Assembly (NCBI GenBank): GCA_965153285.1 | Contig: OZ229112.1 | Strand: one strand, 5' to 3' | DNA length: 64,000 nucleotides | DNA from: Podarcis tiliguerta | Taxonomy: Eukaryota | Part shown: positions 36,477 to 48,800 of the stretch, piece by piece | How the letters are laid out: each line of letters opens with the position of its first letter | Numbering within the stretch: position 1 is the first letter of the stretch | Notes under the pieces: generated by a model | The model's input: the letters and a program-made list of their open reading frames with translations, nothing else | Database searches by the model: none | Told to the model about the DNA's origin: nothing | Made by a program: the position numbers and the translations under genes

Positions 36477-36710
36477 GGTTGCCGGTTCAATCCCTGTATG
36501 GGACAGCTGCATATTCCTGCACTGCAGGGGGTTAGACTAGACCAGGCATAGGCAAACTCGGCCCTCCAGATGTTTTGGGACTACAATTCCCATCATCGTT
36601 GACCCCTGGTCCTGCTAGCTAGGGATTGTGGGAGTAGTCCCAAAACATCTGGAGGGCTGAGTTTGCCTATGTCTGGACTAGATGGTCCTCATGGTCCCTT
36701 CCAACTCTAC
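36477..36710 (+). mobile_element. Short SINE with tRNA-like head and CR1-type tail, interrupted by a MITE
   Basis: B-box-like GGTTCAATCCC, then CR1-type 3' end GGGGTTAGACTAGA...GGTCCCTTCCAACTCTA. Confidence 0.65.
36543..36675. mobile_element. hAT MITE, 133 bp
   Basis: Long TIR CAGGCATAGGCAAACTCGGCCCTCCAGATGTTTTGGGACTAC and its complement; TSD GACTAGAC / GACTAGAT. Confidence 0.9.
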
Positions 36711-38640
36711 GAACAGCTCAAGGAGCGCCAGGTTGGGGAAGGGTGCTGTGCAGGAATAGGCTGGTGTATCTGCATGAGGCATGGAAGGGCCTCTCTGGAG
36801 TGTCAATAGACCTTGTGCAGGAAGGGAATGAACAGGCTGAAAATCTCTGATTTCCAGCACCTCTTCATAAATTTACCTACTTCCCCCTGCTAGGTGCCCA
36901 TTCAGTTAAACCATCTATCGCTTATCATGCCACCACTGCACAGTCATTAGTCACGCATAAACTTACATGTTGCACAGAAATTATCTACGTCAGTTCTTTG
37001 CAGTTCATTCCAAGAATAACGGTTTGGCGTGCTTACATTCCTTAACCAAATTTAATTGCTGTGATATTGCACCATATGCCAAATATCACATTTTCTACAA
37101 CATAGAATTTTATTTATAAACAAAGATCAAAATGCAGGCAGCAAGACACACACACACAACAACCCAGTAAAGGAATGAATAAACTCCCTGATTATAGTCC
37201 TTAGTATTTAGATCACATATTTGATATTGAATTAATCAAGTGGATTATAATCTCTGATTGTACTTTACAATCAGTACATTTGAGTCGCCACTTTACCCTT
37301 TGAAAGCATGAGGCAAACATTGTGCTCCAAAGCACCAACACATCCTGGACGCATTTCCTGTTCTACTAAGGAAGATTCATGTGGTGGAAAAAAGATTTCC
37401 CTCACACAGCCAACATCGAAATAATATTCCTGCGGCCGCCAGAACAACACTGGGGCCATACATAGTAAATTCAAGTTTTGGTAACCTAAAATGTAATGTG
37501 CCACAGCTTTGATGAACATGAAAATGGATACATTTCTGCAACAAACACCATGGTCCCTTGTAAGAATAAAACAAAAGTGAAGGTACCCTTATGTGGTATG
37601 AATACTGAATTTTAGCAATACAAAACTGGATGTTAATTCCGTTCAGTAACACCTATGAGCACAAGAGTTCCTCTGAATCTTTACTTAACTGGGACAAGAT
37701 TTATATGCCTGACATGATGCTATTTTATCAAGTACGGCAACAGCAAAAGCAAAAAGGAGTCATTTCCAGACACTGATGGCAAATCCTTCCATTTGCACAT
37801 TATCTTCTCTACAAATCCACCCAAAAATGATCACCAAATTCTGCCTGCAGTTTAGTGTTATTAGAATACAGCTTTCCTAGGCAAATTCTTTATCTAATGT
37901 GTCCCATACACAAACACAGTGTGTAACAGAAGATGTGACATTCCTGCTATAGAGAGATGTTGGCATCCATCTGTTCTGAGACAATGGAGTGTGCCCCTGA
38001 GGGGTGAAGTCAAACAGCTGCGTTAGCAGCAATAAGTGTCTTGCCTGGGGCACAAGCCTGCGCCGTGTATATGGAGGTCCTGGGCTGCCCAGAGGACAAG
38101 ACCAACCCCCACAGCCCTGCTGATGTGAGCAGGGCAAGGGAGAAACCGCTCAGACCCATGCCTAGAAAATGCAAAGGAAGCAAAAAAACTCTGCTCAGAT
38201 CCGTGCTTTTTAGGCGCAGCACAAGTGGAAGTGTGGACAGGGCCCATGTCTAGGCATGTTTATTTTATTGTATTCACTGGAGCTTACTCCATGGTAAGTT
38301 ATGCCTAAGATTTCAGCCTTAGGGTTCTTGATAGCCAGGTATCAAATTTTTAGTTCTTAAGACCATCAGAGGAAGTCCTTCTTGGTGTCCCACCTACAAG
38401 ACAAGTAAACAGGTATGTGCAACAGAGAGGGCCTTTTACAGTGGCGGCTGCTGGACCCTGGACCTGGAAGAGCAACTAGGCAAGGCCTCAGAGGTTGCAG
38501 AGGCAGGGTCAAGGGAGAGTTAAAAGGCGCCACACTGAACTGTTAACAAGGGCCTCCATAAACTTCCAGCACAATGGGAAAAGATGATCCCTTCCTCCAG
38601 CTTTGTGACTTCTAGGTCTACTTTCCAGAATATGGAATAA

Positions 38641-38850
38641 AGTGGTAGGTTCTTAATCGGACTAGGATTTAAGAGAAGAGGTTCAAAATCACCACTGGGC
38701 CATGAAGCTTATTGTAAAACCTTGGACCAGACATGGCCTCTCAGCCTGACCAACCTCACAAGGATGTTGTGAGGATTACATGGGGAATAGGGATACCTTG
38801 TTTGCTACTCTGAGCTCTTTCGAAGAATGTAGTGATTTAAATGTAAAAGA
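38641..38850 (+). mobile_element. Old tRNA-derived CORE/L2-tailed SINE (Squam3/MIR-like)
   Basis: Degenerate B box GGTTCAAAATC; CCAACCTCACAAGGATGTTGTGAGGATTA core; L2-like tail. Confidence 0.6.
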
Positions 38851-39736
38851 AGATGATCTCCCACCTGTATGCCCCCCCCCCCAATTCTGAAAGGAGTTTT
38901 GGAATAATACAAAAACAAACCTAAAAAAACACACCAACTAGGATATTATTGCCTATGAGCAATAGATTTCAAATGCAGGTCCTCAGCAAATCCACTGTGT
39001 GGGAAAATGCTGGGACAGGAATCTGAACCATCCCCTGCAGTTTTCTACATTTGTAATAATGTTTTAAATTTGTTCAAGTGTTTTGTAGTGTTTTCTCCTC
39101 ACAACAGCCTTGCAGAGTACACCACCAGCACAATTTTAGCAAAAGGAAAGAAAACGTACTTCCCCCTTAACAAAACCACAGGCTTGGAGGACACCCAAAG
39201 TATCATTCAAACCAACCCCTGAATCCTGTAACAACACATTTCCTGTTTTTCATTTCTGCTGTGAGTGATGGGTTTGTTACCCTTTGAAAGTGTACCACAC
39301 AATTTTATGTACAAGCTCTGAGAGTAATCTACCCCACGGCTATCTCAACAAGGAGACATAAGTGCTCCATTCCCCAAATACAATAGTAATATAGCTTTAA
39401 AAATAAAATACAGACTCACATTTGGTGCCCCAGTGCCCTGCGGTCTTGCTTCTTCACAGAAGCACCAATAATCCTTCCACTGGTCAAGCCATTAATAACA
39501 GAAGGGGGGAAGCTGCTTTGCTCACCTGGTGGCTGGGATCGCAGCAAAATGGGGCTTTACCCACAATTCAGCAGCTGCTTTGCAAAGGAAAAGGTCTGGG
39601 CATGCTCAGATCAGAAGACTGATTCTAATTGGCTGCCAGTTTTCAGGGCTTGGGAGTAAAAAGGCAAGCAATTTGGAGAGTATTTTTCTCAGCTGCCTGC
39701 TAACACCTGTGACCTGATTAGCTGGATTGCCTATAA

Positions 39737-39861
39737 CAGTGATGGCCAAACTTGGCCCTCCATCTGTTTTGGGACTACAGCTCCCATCATCCCTAGCTAA
39801 CAGGGCCAGTGGTCAGGGATGATGGGAACTGTAGTTCCAATTTACAGTTTGGCCATCACTG
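39737..39861. mobile_element. hAT MITE, 125 bp (related to 36543 element)
   Basis: Perfect 16-bp TIR CAGTGATGGCCAAACT; perfect 8-bp TSD GCCTATAA (39729-39736, 39862-39869). Confidence 0.92.
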
Positions 39862-40201
39862 GCCTATAAGGATGAAAATGAAGATATGGACCAGGTGCCC
39901 TATCAGTTTCTATGTGTGTGTGTTTTTCTGCCTGAATTTGTATGGGGTGGATTTCCTGCCTAAAACAATAGTTTTGGCTTGGATTGGTTGAGCAGTGGAA
40001 CAAACTGCTTGGCTGATTGTCAGAAATAGCTACAACAGTTCAAATGGAAGGCTAGGGAGTGTGCAGGTAACAGAAAATAGTGTGGTTTTGAACAGCAGGC
40101 TATTTGGGGGGAGAATTTGTAATTTCCCCCCTTTAAACCACACATGACTGGGCAGTGCCCCAGTCACTCTATTTGACCAGGTTCCACTGGCCTTTGTGAA
40201 A

Positions 40202-40233
40202 GGGGACACAAGTGGTGCTGTGGTCTAAACTAC
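40202..40233 (+). mobile_element. Sauria SINE 5' head fragment
   Basis: GGGGACACAAGTGGTGCTGTGGTCTAAAC resembles the head of the copy at 63707. Confidence 0.5.
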
Positions 40234-40799
40234 TTGATTTACATTGCTTTCAACATTATTTCATGTATTTCAGGATTTACGCTCCCTGCTCTGAATGTGG
40301 TATGTGAATTATTTAACTAATTAAATATATAAATGAATGAATGAATGAATGGAGTGAATATTCCAAATACTTAAGCACCAACAACAGGGTTCTCATCTCT
40401 TAGGATGTTTCCAGCCCTGTTTAACCAAACAAGTGTACTTATTCCTACCCCAACATCTTTCCTCATCCCAAATGGCCGAAGGGTTCCTGCTTGAATAATG
40501 AATTTGTTGTCCAGAACATAGAGGAGCATTTGTTAGGATTACACAAGCTTTTTCCTCATGGAATGCACGGGTGGAAGAATGTGAACATCTGTTAGAAAAA
40601 AAAAGAGTTATCTGAAAAGCCAGATTTCAGAACAGGGGTTTGCATGTGCAGCTGGGAGTGACTCCACCTTCACACCCTTTGGTCTGGTGGCATTCAATTT
40701 TGTGTGTGTGTATTTTATGATTTGCTTTTGGGCTTATGGAAGCTTCATTGCCATTGGTATACTTTTGGTCCTCAACTGCATTCACACAAAACCTATTTA

Positions 40800-41046
40800 C
40801 AGTGGTATCTCGCAAGACGAATGCCTCGCAAGACGAATGCCTCGCAAGACGAAAGTTTTTTGTTTTTTGAGTTGCTTTGCAAGACGAATTTCCCTATGGG
40901 CTTGCTTCGCAAGACGAAAACGTCTTGCGCCTTTTTCTTAAAACCGTCAATGCATTCCTATGGGAAACCGTGCTTCGCAAGATGAAAAATTCACAAGACG
41001 AAAAAACTCGCAGAACGAATTAATTTCGTCTTGCGAGGCACCACTG
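40800..41046. mobile_element. Tigger/pogo-like MITE, 247 bp
   Basis: TA flanks; TIR CAGTGGTATCTCGCAAGACGAA / TTCGTCTTGCGAGGCACCACTG; internal repeats of GCAAGACGAA. Confidence 0.9.
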
Positions 41047-41774
41047 TAACAAGATTTTACTGAGGAACTTAGGAAAGAAGTACTTCTTGTGTTTATTTAA
41101 AAAACATAAATGAATGAGCCCCATACACTGCATTCATTTTAGCTATAAAAATGAATAGGAATGCAAACAGGGGGACCACTCCTTGCTTACTGAATTATTT
41201 CCTTATTCATTTCTATTCAGATAAAAACTAGTCCAGAACAAACCTGCACAGAAAAGTTACAACGAGTTAGGAAGAGACAAGTTGTTTAGGCTGTGTCTGT
41301 GCTTTTCAAAAATAGCCTATAAAATAGCTACCCTCTCCCCAAACTGTTTGGAATTAGACAGGTATAATGCTGTGCCTGAGAATGCCATGCCCATTTGTAT
41401 GGAAAACACAAGCTGCAGGCAGCAGAACACTAGTTGGTTTCCCTCTGAAGGCAATGGGATATGAAAAAGAAAGGGAATTATTAAAATGAATGAACTAGTT
41501 CTGAATAAATAATGAAATCAATCAACTGCAAAGAACGTAATGACAAAATTAAAAGAGAAACAAAAAAGCCCTCCCCTTATATACATCTAGAAAGGAATGT
41601 GCAACAGCACAAGTGATGACGCTTCTATCACAGTACTTTAGGCTTTCTGAGAAAACTATCATTTGTCTACAAGCCTCTCCCCTCCTGTAATGCCTTCCCT
41701 CTCTCTTAAGAAGTAGCTTGACTCAGGAGGGTCTGGTGCCAAAATCTGTACAGTTACTGAAGAACACCAGCTTT

Positions 41775-42143
41775 AAGGTAAAGGTAAAGGTAAAGGTACC
41801 CCTGCCCGTACGGGCCAGTCTTGACAGACTCTAGGGTTGTGCGCCCATCTTCACTCAAGAGGCCGGGGGCCAGCGCTGTCCAGAGACACTTCCGGGTCAC
41901 GTGGCCAGCGTGACATCGCTGCTCTGGTGAGCCAGAGCCGCACACGGAAACGCCGTTTACCTTCCCGCTAGTAAGCGGTCCCTATTTATCTACTTGCACC
42001 CGAGAGTGCTTTCGAACTGCTAGGTTGGCAGGCGCTGGGACCGAACGACGGGAGCACACCCCGCCGTGGGGATTCGAACCACCGACCTTTCGATCGGCAA
42101 GCCCTAGGCGCTGAGGTTTTTACCCACAACGCCACCCGCGTCC
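41775..42143 (-). mobile_element. Full-length Sauria SINE
   Basis: Minus strand reads GGACGCGGGTGGCGTTGTGGG (A box) ... GGTTCGAATCC (B box) ... (ACCTTT)n tail; CpG-rich; closely matches the 63707 copy. Confidence 0.92.
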
Positions 42144-45100
42144 ATTAAATATAATTTTAAAATTATTCCATTTCCATAGCACTCTTTCTCCCAAATCTCA
42201 GGGTAGCAGGTTTTTAAAATACAAAGGTTTTTAATGCTTTGTTCTGTTATTGATGCTGGAATATATCTACACCACCATGGGCCCTTTTAAGAGGAAGGAT
42301 GGGGGTAACAAACAAAATAAAATTCTATTGCCTTGAATGCCTACTTCATTCTGAGCGCCTACTTCATTCCGCTGCACCTGTGGAGACAGGGGTGGCCATT
42401 CCATTAGGAAGTGTGAAGCAGCTGCCTCAGGCAGTGTGGCTGCTGGGGTGTGTGTGGAATGGTAGCCAGGGGCCACAGAAACAATGGTGTGTGCTGCATG
42501 TCCTGCCCTAAACACCTTAAACTAGTCCGCCACTCTCGGCATTGAAGATTCGACTGCCCGTCTGGTTGACTTCTATACATGGAATGGGAGTCGGTGCCAT
42601 CTTGTCCATAACATCAGGCACACAAAAAACGCTTTGGGTCAGCCCTTACCAGCTCATTTCTAGCTGATGGGGAGATCTGGCCTTGCTTCTTATGAGTAAT
42701 TCCCATCCAGCCCCAGCTCTTCCAGCTGAGCAGAGGTTTCCAGGCACTATCCCACATGGCTTAGCTATCCTTACTTATCTTGTAAAAGCAGAACAGTTGC
42801 ACACTTGGCATGGTATCCCAGCAAGCAAGTCACAAGACTCTGGCACATAACCAGCCAAATGAGCTGATGATGCCATATTGGCACAATCATTCTATAATTC
42901 ATCAACACCCAAGGCTGGGATGGTGGGGGGCGGGGCTCTATTAAACTAGAGTTTTAAGGAAGTCTAGACTCTCCTTGTGATTTAGAGGCACACACAATCC
43001 ATGTTCTAAACAGAGCCTATTCATAAACTCTTTATCTTCAGACCTTCCCCCAGTGCATGGGCAGTGGAACAGCAACACTAGCCAGGGGCATGACACTGGG
43101 GGTAAGGCCAACAAGCCTCATTCTTTTCCTCCAAGACTTCATGGGGAATGCTCTAATAGGGCTTATGTCCGTTTTGAAAGAAATGGCATTGCATTACTGT
43201 TCGTTTCCATGCAGTGGCTTGTTTCCAATGTTGCCACTTCCACTTGTGCAATGGAACCCCTCTCCCCTCTGCTGCAGCCCCCCTCCTGCACCCACAGAAT
43301 CTGCTTCAGGGGGTTGGGGGGGGGTCTCTAGAGCAGAGTTTGTGAGTGTAAGGTGAGGAAGGGAAGCCCCCTTGCACAAGCAGAATTTCACTTGTGCAAC
43401 ATTGGAGACAACTCAGTGCTTCTTTGCACTGATCACTGCCCAAAACTACTGTCCCATTTCTATAAAAATAGAATAGTAGGATTTCCAAAATTTTGACAGG
43501 TCAGATTTGCATTATCATGCCAACAGATGTCTCAACCTAGCAACAAAAAGCCAGAAAGCAATCTCCTATTTGCTTCCATCTGCTGCATTAACACCATTAC
43601 CCCTACATTTTAAACTGCATTCAAAGAGGTTGAGCTATATTTTCAGTTACAACGAGAAAAGCCCAGAATGTAACACAACGGATTAAGGTTTTGAAAATAG
43701 TTGTGAGAAATGACATTTAAAAATCCAGCTTAATCGTTTTCTGTTTGATTGCTATGTTAGTTCAACAATGGCATTCAGAATGGCCCTTGCTATTAATTTT
43801 ATTAAAAGACTTGAGAAATATTTAAGCCTTCATCTGAATTTCCACTAAAATCAGCAATGGCCACTGGGCAACCAATCATTCTATTCACAAGCTTCTTAAG
43901 AGATAAAGCCTCTGCTTGAATAATCTCAAATGAAAAACTAAGTCCTACATTTGTTGGCAATCTACGTTTTCACTGAAGGACATGGGCTAATGTACTCACC
44001 ATTAGAAAAATGAAACACACAGCCCTACTCAGATATGTAATCCACAGGGGGAGAGAACATTTGTGATGCAAATCGGTTTCCTTAAACAATTAAATGGTCT
44101 TTTGTTGAACTTCTATGGATGCAATTATAACTTCTCACAGAGACAAGAAGAATTGACAAAATGAAAATGCATTTTCATTATGTATTCATCGCATACAAAA
44201 AATTGTGTGGGGGAGGAAAAACCTTATTTTATTTTTTTAAGACAGAAAATAATTGCAGAAAGTTTGAGCTGATTCTACGGCAAGAAAAGCTCCATCTGTT
44301 AAAAAAGTTGCATTTACAGAATCAATATATATTGAGTATATTGAGTGATAAAATCAGGCTCCAGAATTCCATCAGACTGCACCATCTTGAGAAATGAAAC
44401 CCAAAATGGAAATTTGTAGAGGAAGGGATTGAGACAATGGATATCATTAGATTTTACTGGCCAAAACCGGGGGAGGGGTAGAATCTTGGAAATTTTTTTG
44501 GTTCAATCAATAAAAGTCTAAAAATGAGACATCTATAATAGGTTGAGAATATGTTACTATCAAGTTGGAAAAAGGAAGACCAACAGCCCTAGCTTTTGAG
44601 CTCTTGGAAAAGACAAACTCTGTGATGGAATTGTCTACAAACAGTTGATGCTCACATCACATCCATCTAATGCAAAGAAGTTTCCATTAACATTAATATG
44701 TCAGCTTCCAGTCAGTTACTGAAAATGGTTACCATATGATACGGGTCCTTAGAATCATAAACCGCAGAGGGCCAGCAGCCCTGACAATTTTTCTTGGCTA
44801 CCTTTCAGGAGGAGGAGGAAGTGCTTGCTCTGAGCTTGTCATCTGCAAAACAGGTTCTCAGTTTTAAGTTGAACCTGCATTCCTACAAACAATTAGTGAT
44901 TCTCAAACCATAAAGAAGTCACGAGACTATCCTCAGAAATACAGTTTGAGCACTGAGATGTAACCGGTATCATTAACTGTGTTGCCTAATTGTGATTTTA
45001 TTGGGCTGTAAAAAAGCCCAAGGAATATTTGAGATGTGATATGCAATGATGTGTGTCTGCTTAATTTTCTCATTAGACATTCTAGAAAAGGCCAAATGAA

Positions 45101-45299
45101 AAGTACGACCTGTATAAAACTACTAGCAGTAAATAAAACCAGTCCAAACTGTTTACACAATAGGGAGAAAGGAGGAAAGATCTACACTCTACATTGTCAT
45201 CTACTGCACTCATAAATATTCAAGTAGTTAACAGTGATACAGCTACATTTACAAATGGCAACCAATAGGTTCAGGTTGGTGTAATCCGAAGCAGGCTGA

Positions 45300-45840
45300 G
45301 TCTTAATGTGCAGGGCAAAAATGATGCACATTGGGACAAAATTATATATAACACATATATCGATGAAGTCTATACTGCGTGTGACAGGGATTTGGACTCC
45401 CTGTGGAAAATTCACTGAAGAGATCAACTCAACAGATTGCAGCAGTACAAAGGGCCCATTTAATGTTAGCAATTTTCAGGAAAGGATAAAATGTCATGAT
45501 ATCATAATGCCATTATGTAAATCCTTGGTGCAGACACATTTAGAATATTATGTGCTGGAAAACATACAAGAAAGGGAAAACGATAACAATCCTAGAAGAT
45601 GGGACACTTCCCAATGAACAAGATTTTTAGTTGATGGGAGAAATTGTTTTGAAGAGAGAAATGAAAATCTGGATAGAGGATATATTTTTGCTCACTCATA
45701 ACAGAACTCAGCACCACTGAGTGGCATTAGATTCAAAGCAGGCAAAAGAAAACAAGTTTGTACAGCACAAGGATTAATTTATGGAATTCACTGCTAGAAG
45801 ATATGGGGATCAACACTTGTTTAGATGGCTTTTAAAAATC
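45300..45840 (+). mobile_element. Decayed CR1 LINE ORF2 3' fragment
   Basis: Residual peptide motifs K.MHIG, IMPLCKSLVQTHLEY (cf. LPLYKSLVRPHLEY) and LWNSL. Confidence 0.7.
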
Positions 45841-48800
45841 AGGTTAGGTTTTTCAGTAGTTATTTGCCACAATAGCTTAAAATGCTCTCTTTTCTCAGAT
45901 GCAAGGGACAAATGAAAATGTAGCTCAGCAAACTGCAACTCCCATTTCTTGAATATGTAATGCACAAACCTTCTGTGGATCTTTAGGCAAAAAATCAAAA
46001 TCAGCACACTGTCTCTGGAAAGCTAGTTCTGTTGAACAAACACTTAGTAGGGTGATCATGGTCACCTACACTTAACAGAACACCAGCAACCCTTTTTGCT
46101 TTTGAATAATCATAAAGGACAGTCCCTCACAGAGTGTGTTGCAGAAGTCTAGACTTGAGATTATGAAAACATAAAGGAGGGTTGCTGGGCTTGAATCTGA
46201 GTCGCAGCCATCTCACCAGTTACTCTATCAGCACTTCAGGCTGCCTTTCTTCATGACTGCCTTGCAGTAATGCCCTTGTGACATACAAATTGGCTGGGGG
46301 TGATGGGAGTTGGAATCCAACTATATCTGGAGGGCCTAGGGTTCCCTACTACTGATCTAGTCAATATACTCTCAACATGATTAAAACCCCATTGAAGAAA
46401 GTGGCACTGATTTTTGCAGTAAATGTGCATGGGGGTGGGGGGTGGTACAGGGTGTATTTCTCCCTTGAAAGCTTTTCCTTGGCCTGTTTAATTGAATAGG
46501 AATATTGACATAAGGGAAAGTGCAGCTAATCAGAATTTGACTACCTTTAATAGAATCAAGCTGTCACCCCTTTCATAAATTGTCTTTTCTTTTTTCTTCC
46601 GTTGCTTTTTAAGTAATGTAGGCGAAAGTCAGGAGTCTGAGACATAAAACAGATACAGCACCAGTCAGCGCATGTGTGACCTATTTTAGCTTCTAAAAAT
46701 GTATTTAATGCCAAAAGCTACATTAGAGAATTGAAACAAAAGCTAACCACGTGCCACATAATAAGACACTTCTGATTATTCTCGTGTTTAGTCTCAACTT
46801 TCCATCCCCATGATAATTTCATTTGGGAAAAGGGTATTTTAAAGAGCATGCAAATTTGATTGCTAGTTGGATGGGGAAATTGACAAGGAACCAGGCCTGT
46901 GTGGTCTTCGGAGGAGCAAGCAAAGCCCATTAGGAACTGATCCTTTGCCACAGATGAGATTTGCTAGCATTCCACACCTGTAAATCTCAGCTCCTCAGCC
47001 TAGCATGAGCGTGATTCTGTTCCCTGCACATTTGTCATAGGAAACTAAATCATTATCATATCACTCAGGGAAACTCACTAGACACTTATGATCCACCTCC
47101 ATTTCTTGCAACAGTTTGAGCAGAAACAACTGATCTCTAACAAACACTTCTGTTTTGCTCCCACCCACCCATGAATGAAGGGTGGGGAAGGGACTCAAGA
47201 ATTTCATCAGCTTCTTCTTCCTGAAAAGTAACAAGTCACCAGGAACTATTAGCTCTGCAGGATTAGCTCTCTGCTGGTGGTGCACTGTAGTTTATATGGT
47301 GTGGAATAACTGGGAATTGTGCAGTTATGCATATGATGGATAGTCCTACTTTTTGGGAAGGCATTTGAATAAGATTGACTTTGTTCCTTACCAACACTGT
47401 GTTTTTGATGCTACAGTGTCCATTGAGGAGGGCCAATCACCAAAGGGACATAGTGTATATTGGATGGGCAGGCCTCAGGCTTGTGGAATCAACTTTATTT
47501 TACACTAGAACCCCAAGATTCACCAAGAGAAGACACTTAGAATTAAATAACATGGTGTTTCCAAGCAACTACCGGTAAGCCCAATAATTTGTTCTGAGTA
47601 CCTGAATGGAACTGAGCTCAAAGTCATTCCAGACAAAAATCCACATTTAGTTACCCCAGGCTTTAGCAGTATAATTGGGGGGGGGGGTCATTTTATTGCT
47701 GCTATTGTTAAACAGCTGGGAGTCAGAAATAACTGTAAATCAACTGCAAGTCACCTAGATCTCTACCAGTAGATCCAGATCTATTTCTGCTGCCCATACC
47801 TAAGTAGCTCAAGCTGGATAAACCATATGCTGAAATGTGGTGCATTTCAGCCAACGTAGGGCTCCAAGATCAATGACCTACGCATTTTCTTGTGTCAAGC
47901 AGGGGCACCAGCTCATGGGGGCTGAACAGTTTGGGGGCCCTCAGAATCCTTTGCATTCAGAGAGCACTTTATTCAGTTTCCTTATGTTTCCTTACCTGAT
48001 ACATTTCCTTGTTTCATGGGATCTTTCACACAACGGAAAAGCCACTTCTGGAAAACTAGCCACATCTAGCAGAAGTTTAGTGCTCACTTCTGTGTTCTTT
48101 GCATCCAGAAAAAGTCAGTTTGCAACCTGGTTAACTGGGGAAATCATGAGAATTTTGAACTGTCATTTCAGATGACACACTTTGAGGTAGTAATCCAGCA
48201 TACAGTTCTTTCTCGCCACTTAAAATTTAGTGCAACGTGATGGTCTATCAATTAAAAAGGGCCACAGTTCCCTAATGTACCAATTAACGTAGTATAAAAA
48301 GTACGTCAGAATCCAGGATAAACATGCTAGCTAGCATTATAACCAGGAAAACTAACACTATAATCCAAATGCACCCAAAATGTGACTAAGTGAGGCATGA
48401 CTCTTCTCAGCTACTGCTAATTTTGGAGGTGGGCTTCAATCATTCAAGCACTGCCCAGGGTTGTGAGTGTGATTAAAATATGTAACAACTGAACCATTTT
48501 GATTTTTCAAAGAGCAGACAAAAAGATGCCAGCATTCTTCTGCCTGATACTATTCATGTACAAATTATTCTGAGAAAAGATACATTTATAGATTACTTCC
48601 AGGGAACCTTTATATTTAGGCTGACAAAGGCACCCAGGTAAATTCTAGCTGAAAGTGGCAGGAGAATATTATCAGTGCTATAAAGATAGGAAAATTTCTC
48701 CGATTGAAACCCTGAGCCTCCAGTCCTCTGGGGGGGGGGGGGAATTATTTACTTCTCCATTTTGTTGCCTTACCATCAACTGAGTGACATTTTTGGATAC

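Noticed and set aside
40800-41046. Repeated GCAAGACGAA units resembling iterons
   Set aside because: These are subterminal repeats of a TA-flanked Tigger-like MITE
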